64,000 nucleotides of DNA. Source: the human T2T-CHM13v2.0 reference genome, Homo sapiens. The stretch lies in NCBI RefSeq assembly GCF_009914755.1, contig NC_060942.1, one strand, 5' to 3'. Under the pieces are notes generated by a model. The model searched no databases. It saw only the letters and a program-made list of their open reading frames with translations, and was not told the origin of the DNA. Positions 52,480-64,000 of this stretch are shown piece after piece (within the stretch, counting starts at the first letter, position 1; every line of letters begins with the position of its first letter). The position numbers and the translations under genes are program-made.

Positions 52480-52930
52480 TTTAAATTAAATTCCAGACTT
52501 TATATTTAGATTTCACCAGTCTTTTCATTTATGTCCACTTTCTGCTTCAAATTGAATCTAGAATGTCACATTTCATTTAGTTGTCATGTTTCCTTAGTCT
52601 CATTTGGTTAGTAATACTTTCTCCCTCTTTTCTTGTTTTCCTGACCTTTTGAGGAATACTGGTCAGGGACTTTGGAGAATGTCCCATAATTTAAGATTGT
52701 CTGATGTTTGTCTCATGTTTAGACTGAGGTTGTGTTTTTTGAGAAAGAATACCATAGAAAAGTGTCTTTCTTGTAACCTCATAACAGGAAATACATGATA
52801 GTCGCATGGTTTGTCACTAGTTTACTCGGATAAGACAGTGTTTGCCAAGTTTCTTCACTATAAATTTTTTCCCTCCTTTTTTCTTGGAAATGAGCCACTA
52901 GGTATAGCTCACCCTCAAAGAGGGGAGTAA
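52480..52930 (-). mobile_element. Old L1M (L1MC/MD-type) 3' UTR remnant
   Basis: catttagttgtcatgtttccttagtctc, ttttgaggaatactggtcagg, ttgtctgatgttt...ttagactgagg. Confidence 0.7.
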
Positions 52931-53139
52931 ATAAGGTCTTTTTTGAAACATGGACCTTGATGGTGTAAAGAAGAAAGGATAGATAAAAGCCATTGCCAGG
53001 TTTAGATCACATCGCTAATGTTCTTTCACTGAAGACTCAAGTCACAGAAGAGAGAATATTGTCCTCTTGAAAGTAAATAGACCATGATGGGGTAAACTCT
53101 TCTACCTTAGGGTTACTCATTTTTAATATTCATAGTTGG

Positions 53140-53940
53140 TAGTGCCTCCACTAGGTGCTTAGAAGTAGTGGGTTCTGGACTACATGGCTAAGGACTGAGC
53201 TTGGCTACAATAGCAATGGGTAGGCCAGCTGAGCATATCTCACCTATGGTCTTTTATACTCAAAGAGGCTAGACTGGGCTTTTTCACATGGCTACCCCAG
53301 CTGTCCCCAGTGTGCAAGCCTTGCTTGTTTCACACTTGGTGATATATTATACCATTGACCAAAGGAAGTCATGAATAAGTCCAGATTCAATGCAGGAGAC
53401 ATTGTGTTAATCAGGTTCTCCAAGGAAAGAGAAACTTATAGTGAAGATATTTATTATAAGGTTATTGGCTTGCACAATTGGCTTGAGAAGTTCCACAATT
53501 TTCCATTTGCAAGCTGGAGACCAAGCTTGCAAATCTTGGTATAGCTGATGGTATAGATTGCAGTCCAGGTCTGAAGGTCTGAGAACCAGGAATACTAAGG
53601 GCAGGAGAACAATGATGTTCCAGCTCAAGCAGGCAGGCAGAAAGAAAATTGAACCTTCTCCTTCCATTTGCTTCTGTTGAAGCCCACAACAGATTGGATG
53701 GTGTCTGCCCATTTTTGGGAGGGCCATCTGATTTACTTAGTCCACCAATTCCAATGTTAATCTCTTCCAGAAACACCTTCACAGACACACACAGAAATAA
53801 TGCTCAACTAGATATCTGAAAATCCCATGGCCCAGGCAAGTTGACACATAAAATTTCCCATCACAAGCACAACATATGGAGTGAATACCAAAAAATGTGA
53901 TTCTCTAAGAAGCCTTCATGTAACAATCTATACATTGGCA
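53140..53940 (-). mobile_element. Old MLT1-type LTR remnant interrupted by MLT2
   Basis: ggctagactgggctttttcacatgg, ccattgaccaaaggaagtcatg...ccagattca before the MLT2 and gagtgaatacc...taacaatctataca after it. Confidence 0.5.
53403..53865 (-). mobile_element. MLT2C/D-like ERVL solo LTR
   Basis: tgtgttaatcaggttctcca...aatgttaatctcttccagaaacaccttcacagacacac...caagttgacacataaaatttcccatcaca. Confidence 0.88.
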
Positions 53941-54024
53941 CAGCGAATAACTAGTTAAGTTGGGAGTAGAACCCAAATAAATCCTACTTTAGTACCATCT
54001 CCACTGTAGCATGTTGAAGCAAAG

Positions 54025-54941
<917 letters not shown>

Positions 54942-55439
54942 AAAGAAAGATTGTTTTTGTACTGTGTTTACTAAAGCAGGAGATCCTACTTTTGGATTAT
55001 ATACTCACAACTTGCATATTTTAGGAAGATTTTCGGCAACAAGCGTTGACATAGAAAAAGATTTCTGTTTAGACTTTTACACAATTAGCAAATTCTGTGA
55101 ACCATATTCTTTCTTGAGCATTTTACTTTTTAACATATTGAATAAGTAAAAGAGGACTAGAATAGGATTCATTGGCCTGCCTCCCATTTCCAGCTCTTTG
55201 ACTATGTGGGTAGATAACCTTCAGCAAATGATTGATCTTTTCTTGGTGTTAGTTTAATTATCTGTAAAATGAGAATAGTCAATAGTTTTTTGTGATTATT
55301 CAACTCTAGAAAGTCCTGTGATATATTCTATTCTTCACATCTTCTCCTTCATCAACTCTTGCTGTTTAGCAAAACAAGCTAGATGTTTAAGTCTAGCTAG
55401 ATTCAACAATGGAACAGGAAACAGGAAGACTCCACAGAG

Positions 55440-55640
55440 GCGGAAATGGATTCAAATCCCAGTTCTCTCAGCTAAGAACTTTGGAGTCTCAGGTTTAACC
55501 ATTCTGAGTATATTTATTTGTTTGTAAGTGGAAATAGTGGTAGTACCTCATAGGGTTTTGAGAGAATTAACTTGAATTGAATGAAGTACTCGGGAAGGCA
55601 TGCATCATTATAGTAAGTTCCTAATAATGGTGTCTACCAC
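55440..55640 (+). mobile_element. MIR remnant
   Basis: ggattcaaatcccagttct...gtaagtggaaatagtggtagtacctcatagggttttgagagaattaa. Confidence 0.6.
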
Positions 55641-58600
55641 TATTTTTAGGATAAGTACTATTGACAGTAATAGCAAATCAGACAGATTAATTATTTATAT
55701 CATAATCTGTTAAATTGTATCCTCACATGTAAATGATGTAAATGACTTGTACCCAAAATATCTGACTTATATCTCAGAAATTTTTACAAACAAGTCCTAG
55801 CTCCTAAGATATGAGGTTATTTTACTTTTCAAGTGATTAAATTGAGGCCACGACTTGGGAAACATGATATATAATTATTTCCTTAACTTAGAAATCAGTC
55901 TTCCTATGAGAGGTCATAGTTCCCAGTGGGTGCACAAGAAAAGGGTCAAGTTGGAACCAGACATCACCCTGTCCCAAGTGCAACGTGAGATCAGCAGGAG
56001 CTTGATTATTGATTTTTGTTTCCTTCTTCTCTTGGGTTTGCTTTCTTTTAGGAGCCAGTGGACCTTAATTCACACAGCTTAGGAGGTAAAGCCAGCTCTG
56101 CTTTACTTACCCAATGATCTTTTCCTGGAGATCATGTTCCTTTTGTCCTTTTGTCTTGAATTGAAATCACTTGGGGGTTATAAATTTTATCTTTTTAACC
56201 AGATAGCAAATGCCTTAAGGATAGAGCAGCATTTTTGATATCTTTGTTTTTTTTCCCCCAAACTACTTCCTGTAGAAACTTGAACATAATAAATCCTCTA
56301 ATAGTTTTTTAATGTAGCTCAAAGAGCTCTGAGAAATAGTGAAATTCAACAGCAAATACATTCAGCCAACATTTTGTAATAGATGTGGCATAATGCATTT
56401 AAATTATGAAACGGGCCTTAATTCTTGTCTCTTAATGCCAAGGTTTTAAATTTCTATCTTTGAATGAATTCTTTAATCATAAATATTGTCCATTCTTTCA
56501 TCCAGGTGGTATCATCAGAGCTAATACAGAGTGAATTCATTAATGTTAAAACTAACTTTACTCCCTAATTATGAGAAAGTAAGTGTGCATACATTACAAA
56601 AAAAGAGAAGTGGTTAAATATTAAAATGCTTGTTCTTGAGGCTGTTGTGAGGCTTAAAAAACTTGAAAAAATTTTCAGGGATCACACAGTAGTAAAAATT
56701 ACTATAGCAGATTCTTTGTTTCATTGTTCTGCCATCCCTGGTTCTGTGATGCTTCTTTTTTTATATATATTTTTTATTATTATTGTTTCTATTGTTATTA
56801 TTTTGGTTCAACCCATAAATACATTCATCCTGCTCAGTTTTCACAAACTGAACTCATCTCTTACTGGTAAAGAAGGAAGAAATGCCTTTCTTTGGGGAAG
56901 AAACTACTGGCAACTTCTCCTAAGACTTGAGGGCAGAATGAGATATCTATGACAGATTTTCCTTTTCTTCCTGTTTCTTGCATTTGCTTTCTGACAAAAT
57001 AGAGAAGAAAAAAAATTTCTTTCTGAAGAAACTGCCACACTCTGTTGTTTTTGATTTTCCACATGAACGCATTCCATTTAAGCACAGGAGTGTCTCAAAA
57101 GGCTGGCTTCTCGTTGAGCAAGTATATTAATACTTTTTCTTCTACAACTTGTAGCCTGATCAACAGCAATTATTTCAGTAGCCATAATACGCCACCATTC
57201 TGAAAACAAATAAATCAAATGCTTTTTAAAGTCAAGGGTAAGGCTAAATACAGAACAAACAAAAGGAAGTACTTATTGCGTGTATTACCTTCCAGTGGAA
57301 GTGGGTATAAACTACAAAGATGGGCATAAAAGGGTAACAATAATGGAGACACCATGTCAAGCCTTGAATGGACTGTATTCTTGACTATACTGATCAGCCT
57401 TTGCCCTTTAGACTGACATCAAAAACTCTGCCCTCCCTCTCAGAGCCCTCAAACTGCCCCAGGCTGCTGGAATCTGTGTGACAGCCTGGCAAGGTTAACG
57501 TTAAGAAACACACAAAAGGCAGAAAACAAATAGTGCTGCTGCCGTCTTATTGGTTGGCATACTCCTGGGATGATCTATAATCATTTCTTCAGCTTAGAAA
57601 TCAGCCTCATGGTCTTTGGGGTAGTATTAAAGCTCCTGAGCCCTGTGGGTTTTGTCCCTTCTATTGTTTATATGCGTTCATTCATTTTGCCATTAATCTT
57701 AATAAGGATATAAGATTTACTTTCTTTGTTGTTGCCTTTAAATTTTGAAGAAAATAAAGCAGAACAGTGAAAAGAGAACTCTAGCTCGTAAGATTTATTT
57801 GCAGGTCAGCTGTGTTAAAATTCTTTCCGCTCGACATGTAAGAAGCTTAAAAAAGTAAATTACTGTCCTTTTTAAAAAATGCTCTAAAGCATTAGTGTAA
57901 AAAGGACGTTAGGAGAGAATCATTATCATCTCTGTGTGTTTACAAAGAACACACATGAATATATGCACACACAGTCAGAAAAGTAGTTCTTTAAGAATTC
58001 CATGCCACGAAAGATTTAATTAACCTTTTCACTAGGAAACCGGTTCTGGGCACTGCCTTCATTATCCCCTTTCTGTTTCCACCCTAAGAATCTCACACTC
58101 TGTTCCTTTCCTCTGTTTTTCTCGCCCCATCCTTTTTGCCCATTCTTTCATCGGTGACTCTATTGTTAAATTTACCAGCTGGTGATAGATTCACATACTC
58201 CTCTTCATTTCCGATAGTAACCTCCTCACTTCCACACTTCAACTTTTGCTGTTACCTGCTTGATTGCATTCTCTTTACCTTCAAAAATTTTAATTGAAAA
58301 AAGCTATATTGACCTAGGAGTGTAAGTAAAGTCAGTTGAAATGGTTGGTAGTCTACGAGCTTTGAAATATTATTTTTCCACAGGGTATAACAATTTCTCT
58401 TATATAAATGTTATTTATGGTAATAGAAGCAAAGGAACTTCACTATAAATAATAACATTTAGTAAGTGGTGATATGAAGGAATGCATTATTATAATTACC
58501 ATCATAATTTTCCTGTTATTATTTTTAAAATTTTAGATATTAAAAAAGACTTAGGAACACAGGAAGTATGCTCCCCACCAAGCACTAGGAGGCCATTGAA

Positions 58601-58791
58601 ATCACATGCAGATCAGCTTTACATTTTTTGATAGTGTGTTCATTCTAAAGCTAACTTTTAGAAATTATTTTGTTGTTGATGATGATGATTTATAGCTGTT
58701 TTCCCCGTTTCATTTTATCCTATCTATTGTTAACAGAAAATAAGGGTGTATATTCATATAGCCCCCATCTTTGTAATGCCTGGACATGTTG

Positions 58792-58804
58792 GTTGCTAGG
58801 TAAC
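58792..58804. promoter_or_regulatory. RFX X-box motif GTTGCTAGGTAAC
   Basis: Close match to the imperfect palindromic X-box consensus, in apparently unique sequence; function untested. Confidence 0.35.
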
Positions 58805-59364
58805 AGGACACTATGAGGTAAGCAGGCCCATACTGTTTATCTCTGATTGAGCAGAAATGCAGAACCCTCCGCAGGAGAAAAGTCCTCTGAATTTCCTTGC
58901 ATTTTTGCTGAACCAAACAGAATTATTATTGCATGACAAAGTACCACTTAGCCTTATGGAACTTCCTGGCAGTTTCAGTTTAATCATTGCTGTAAAGAAT
59001 CTATAAGTCTTTCTTGGTTATTACCACAAAATTGTGTAGCAGGTTTACTTCCCTAAATCAAAACTTTGTTGTCCAGGATTCTGTTCCCTTTTAATCTTTC
59101 TAGGTTATTAAAATTTATCACAGCAGTTACCTAAACAGAGGTGTTAGTGTCTGATGTCCTGTATTCTAATAGACTTTTTAAAAAATCATATATTTGGTAT
59201 AAACAATGCTGTAACTAGAATAAAAGGTCAAATAATCAGATAAAATTGTACGGAATTCCACCACTGGAAAGAAAAAAAACTACTCTTCAAATTTCTTGAC
59301 TTTTAATTAAAATACATGTATTATGTGGAAGTATTAGGCATCACATCAGGCTTAGAGAGGCGTA

Positions 59365-59975
59365 GATTCATTCATAAAACATTTTCTGGGTGCCCATTGG
59401 GTTCTTGGGACTGAGCAGTGATGTTACAGAAAGCAAGACAGCATCCTGGCCTTACCTGTGAGGAAAAAGCTATAAACAGACAATTACATTATGGCAAACT
59501 TTTAAGCAGAGCATAGCGAGAGTGTTTGGGAGCACAGAGGAGGAAGCAACCAACTAGACCTGGGGGAATCAAGAGGCTTTGAGATGCTATATCTTGAACT
59601 CCCCAGGAGTTCAACTTTCCAGGAGAAGAAGGCCAGTGATGTTTGTTGGCTCTGCCAGCTAACCTTCCTTGTCCATCATGCAAAGCACTGTTCTGCAGGG
59701 AAGCCCTCCTGGATGTCTTATCCCAAATGGAATTCCTTTGTCGTATGTTCTCTCGGTTCCTTGCTCTCTTCCATCAGAGGTCTTATCTCAGTGTTTAATT
59801 ATATATTAAACAGTGTTATTTAATACCTTAATTGAGATTAATATCTTCTCCACCATTATATCCAGCTCCATCAAGGAAGAGAGGTAGCAGGTGTTACTCA
59901 CATTATCCCCATGGAACAACACAGTGAATTGCACATAGTGCAAACCCAGTAAATGTTGAATGAATGAGTGAGTAG
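59365..59975. mobile_element. Two opposed L2 3' remnants
   Basis: attcattcataaaacattttctgggtgccc (minus) and cacagtgaattgcacatagtgcaaacccagtaaatgttgaatgaatgagtgag (plus). Confidence 0.55.
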
Positions 59976-60299
59976 ACTTGCAAATCATGTCATTTAGGTG
60001 GCTGCCTTCCCTGCCTTCATAATAGGATGGCCAAGTTTATATTCCCTGTCTTAGATGTTGTTAAAGGAAAAAATCTCTTCTTACACTGCCCTTCCCCATC
60101 TAAATTTACCATATAAATTATATAGCTGTTGCATTTTGCCTAACATAGATAACATGATACAGAACACTTTTAGATGAATGATTTTGTTGGTTAAAACGCA
60201 GAAGAAAAATACTGGTTAGTTTTTACATGGGTCCAACTATAATGCCTGAAAACTACAGTGCCTGAAATTCCTTCTGAAACTGTTAGTAAATTACTATTG

Positions 60300-60550
60300 G
60301 TGGTGGGGTCGGCATTTATTAAGTGCTTACTCTATATCAGACTTTATGTTATCCCTTCAATTTATACTATCACATTTTAATTCTACCACAACATGACTTT
60401 GATATGCTGTTAGTCCCATTTTACAGAGAAGAATGCAGAAGTCTAGACAAGTCAAATGGTATTTCCTGAGCTCTCAGTTAGTGGGCGGCAGAACTGGATG
60501 TCTATTCCAGGTCAGTCTCTCCTCCAAAGCCATTTTTTTCTCACTGTACC
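60300..60550 (-). mobile_element. MIR remnant
   Basis: catttattaagtgcttact...cccattttacagagaagaa...agttagtgggcggcagaactgg. Confidence 0.6.
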
Positions 60551-61549
60551 CACTCCCTTATCCTTCATCCATTGCTCTGAATCCTTAGGACACATTTATC
60601 TACATATCAACTATTTTTGGAATCCAAATTTGCCAGTTAATTTCCATGCTATCAGGGAGATGATGTGTCAGTTGCAAACACACACCAAAAATTTAAGAAT
60701 ACTCATTAATTTGATTGACAAGAGTGAAATTTCTTATTCTAAATAGGGATAACATTAGGCAAAATTGTTCAAAAGTAGTGGAAATATTGTTTTAATTGAT
60801 TAATTGGTTGGTTTGGGGAGAAATTATCCTTTGTTTACTCTGAAGCAGGGAGCATTTCTGATTAGTTCCTTTTGTCAACGTATATTAAATATCAAAGGAG
60901 CTGCTGCTAATTCTGACTTGGTTTTGGAACTGCCACAGATGGACCCACTGGTAGGAGAGGGGCTTACTGCTAGTTCACTAGTAGAGAATGTAGTACTGGA
61001 TTGAATTAGAATCAAGTCTTCTTTTCAGTCTGCTTGTTCACTAACACGAGCGCAGACAATGTGAGGAGACCCTCTGTGCCATTCGTAACAGAAAGCAGGG
61101 AGAAGTGCCACTTTTGTGTAGCTTCCAACATGAAGATTGACTTTTACAGTTTCTAAATAGAGTTCTTCCCTTCTAAAAAAATGCTGCAATTATAATAACT
61201 TAAATATTACAAGCCCAATTTTATCTCACCTAAATCTAGAGGGTTAATAAATGTTTTCAATGTGGTTTATTCTAGAAGCTTTGAGAATCTGGTCACATAA
61301 TTTGCACTAAAAGCATTTAGCTTTGTGAAAGCCACACCAAACTTGCCATTATTAACTACATAAATAGAGAGGGCAATTTGCTAATGGGGTTCCATTTATG
61401 GCAGTTTATGGATTGCCTAACTTTGCCCAATTAACTCAGGCACTTCCAAATATGAACCGGTCAATGTAAAACACTGAATGGTTTTAATTCAATAGAAAAC
61501 CACATTACCTATTTGGATGTAAAGAAATAGGAACCTTACATCCCAGTGC

Positions 61550-62330
61550 CTTTACTCTACAGACCAGGTACTACTGATACAAAGTGGGCAGAGCAACAAC
61601 GAGAAAAATATCCTGCTGGGATAAAACATGCACTCTAGTGGGAGAAACAAGCAATACTTAGAGAAGGATTTGGAGGAAAATGCATTCCAGGCTTAGGAAC
61701 AATGGGAAGGAAGGAAACCTGTCACATTCCAGGAACGTGAAGAAGAATAGTGGGCCTGGAGAACCAAGAGCCACCAAATGCTTGTGAGATGAAGCTGAAG
61801 AGGCGGGCAGGAACTAGATCATGCAGAGCATTACAGGGAAGTCATACATTCCTTATTTCACTAAACACCAAGCATCTGCTATGAGGTGCTATTCTGGGAT
61901 AAAGAAGTGAACAAAGCCAGTGATGTCCTAGGAAGGCAGATAATTAACACGAAGCAGACAAATATAAAATATGTCAGGTAGTGATAAATGTAGTGAAGAA
62001 AACAAAACAGACAGACAGAGTGAGGTGGATAATGACTGGGGGAAGGGTTACTAGTTTATAGAGAGTAGTTGGTAGGATAAGGTGGTGTGTACATCAAAAT
62101 CTAAGGGAAGTGGGCCTCGTTTAAGGGTTTTAGCCTTTCTTCCTAAGAGCAAGTGCTAAGTCATTGAAGGATTTTAAGTGTTGAGGTGACATTATCAGAA
62201 TACCATCTGACTGGATCATTCAGGCTATAGGATACAAAAGAGACTAAGAAAGAGTAGAAACAGGAAACCATTGAGGGTATTACTGCAGTTTTCTAGAGGG
62301 AGATGTGGTGGCTCAGACCACATAGGATAC
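61550..62330 (-). mobile_element. L2 remnants
   Basis: gcattccaggc, gagatgaagctgaagaggcgggcaggaactagatcatgcag, cattgaaggattttaag; boundaries approximate. Confidence 0.55.
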
Positions 62331-64000
62331 GTGGCTCAGTGTGAATGGATTTCATCACTGAAACTGGTTCTTATTTCCATGTGGTTCTAAGTGCCATTTT
62401 TGAAAAAAATTCTGAACTAGGAGTAATGAGGAATGATTGCAAGTCTTTGTCTGTTTGACCTCAAGCCACTTTTCTGCTTTATGCCTTCTCTATGAAAGTA
62501 GGTAGTGGTTCCAGGTTTTTCTACTTCTTAAGGCTTTTGAAAAAACAGATATGTAGGAAAGACTTGAAATATGTAAAACTGCTACATCATATAAGGAGTG
62601 GGCAGTTGGTATTCTATAATAGGTAGGATGAACACTACTAATCCTGTTTACCAGGCTAGAGAACATGGAGCTCTTTATTCTTCTAAATTTCTAGAGCAAA
62701 CACAAGGACAATACGAAGGAACCCACAATTCAAATTATTTATTTTTCACTTTAGATAGTATGTGAATGTGATTTAATATTAATTGACATATTGATTGAAC
62801 TCAACTGACAAAAAGTCTATATTTTAACAATATCTAAACCATGGCCTATTACCAAATGCTAAGTTTAGGTACAGAACTAAGTGTCCAGATCCATTCCCAG
62901 GTCTCAGGTTCTGAATCTCTTCATAACCCCTCCAAGAGCTCCCTTTTGAACTCTCAGAGAAGCTTCACTGATGGAAAGGGGAGAAAAGTGAATCTCCAGG
63001 CTCCTTCCAATTTGCAATCCCAGTACCTTCCTTTGCATAACCCATAGTTTGGAACATCTCCCTATGCTCAGTCAAGAAAGAAAAAAAGTCTTATGTCTTA
63101 TGTACATGTACAGTGGGTAAAAACCACGTATGTACTGTTGGTAAAAGCACACAGCTCCAGGTGAAGAAACAACCAATGGAATCCTCGTATGCAAATCATA
63201 TGGATGCATTTGAATAAAATTGAACCATTATCTTAGGAACCTCTAGTTTCCAAGTTGATATGAAACATATATAATCCTTGTCTGTACCATATTATTTTGC
63301 TTCTAACAGGAGTTATACCATCCATGTGTTTATTTCCATGACGCTTAAAAACGATAAGCCAAAACAGTTCATTTTTCTTTGTTTTGTCCATAGGTGTTCT
63401 TCCAATTACCTCTGCCCATTTATTAAAATATACATTTTGGACATGTTGGTTTATTCACTTTGTGGTGAGGTTATATTCTGTGGATATCTGACCTTTGTTA
63501 ATCATTGTGTGGCCAAATGAAATCAAACACATGCATTGAAGCGGTGAATAAGTCGTGGGGTTAGCGAGTTTGATGGAATCACAACCAGCAATTTAAAAAT
63601 GTGACTGAATTTTTCCCACAATTAAAATCTTTCATTATGCTACTTCAAAGCTAATTTCTTTCTTGTTTTTTTTTTCTGAATAGTTGCTTCCATTAATCTC
63701 ACTCTAGGTAATGATGGTAATGATACAATTATATGTAATCATTGCCTGAATTCAATATGCAACACATCAGTCCCTTTGTGTGGTGATTGTACACTCTCTG
63801 CAGTCCTGGGATTTGGAAAGTTTCCATCATGTTATGCCAAGATCAGATTCAAAAGTCTCTGACATTTTGCATAACATCAGTCAGTCGTGTGTTCCAACTG
63901 TCCCTTTTAGTGATTGGGCAAACTCATCCATCTGACTGCTGCTGGTGGAAGCTAGGGATGAAGGCATGAAGCAAGATAAGCTGGACTGGCCTTTTACATA

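Noticed and set aside
57000-57220. Minus-strand acceptor ttttcAG|AATGGTGGCG at 57199
   Set aside because: No good donor nearby and the ATG frames close quickly.

Overview
Primate (human-like) AT-rich, CpG-poor non-coding DNA, either a large intron or intergenic; the locus and any host gene cannot be named from the sequence alone. No intact protein-coding gene, tRNA, rRNA, CRISPR array or CpG island was recognised. The ORF-track entries are decayed LINE-1 ORF1/ORF2 pieces, Alu/LTR read-throughs, simple-repeat translations or chance ORFs. Much of the window is interspersed repeat: a near-full-length but inactivated L1PB1-type LINE-1 (~15.1-21.8 kb), a rearranged L1PB4-like 3' fragment, a HAL1 remnant with nested insertions, about 14 Alu/Alu-monomer copies, solo LTRs (MER21, MLT1A/B, LTR8, MLT2, MER4-group), DNA transposon fossils (MER5A, MER58A, Tigger3a, MER2B, MER63A, Kanga/Tc2), L2/MIR remnants and microsatellites. 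Subfamily names come from recalled consensus sequences, not from a database search. The best leads are a 54-nt frame-preserving candidate exon with strong splice signals on the minus strand (46980-47033), two template-switch-like inversions inside one L1 copy, two local tandem duplications (214 bp and 196 bp), a non-TE inverted repeat and a few transcription-factor motifs in unique DNA. I found no convincing evidence for a novel multi-gene biological system.
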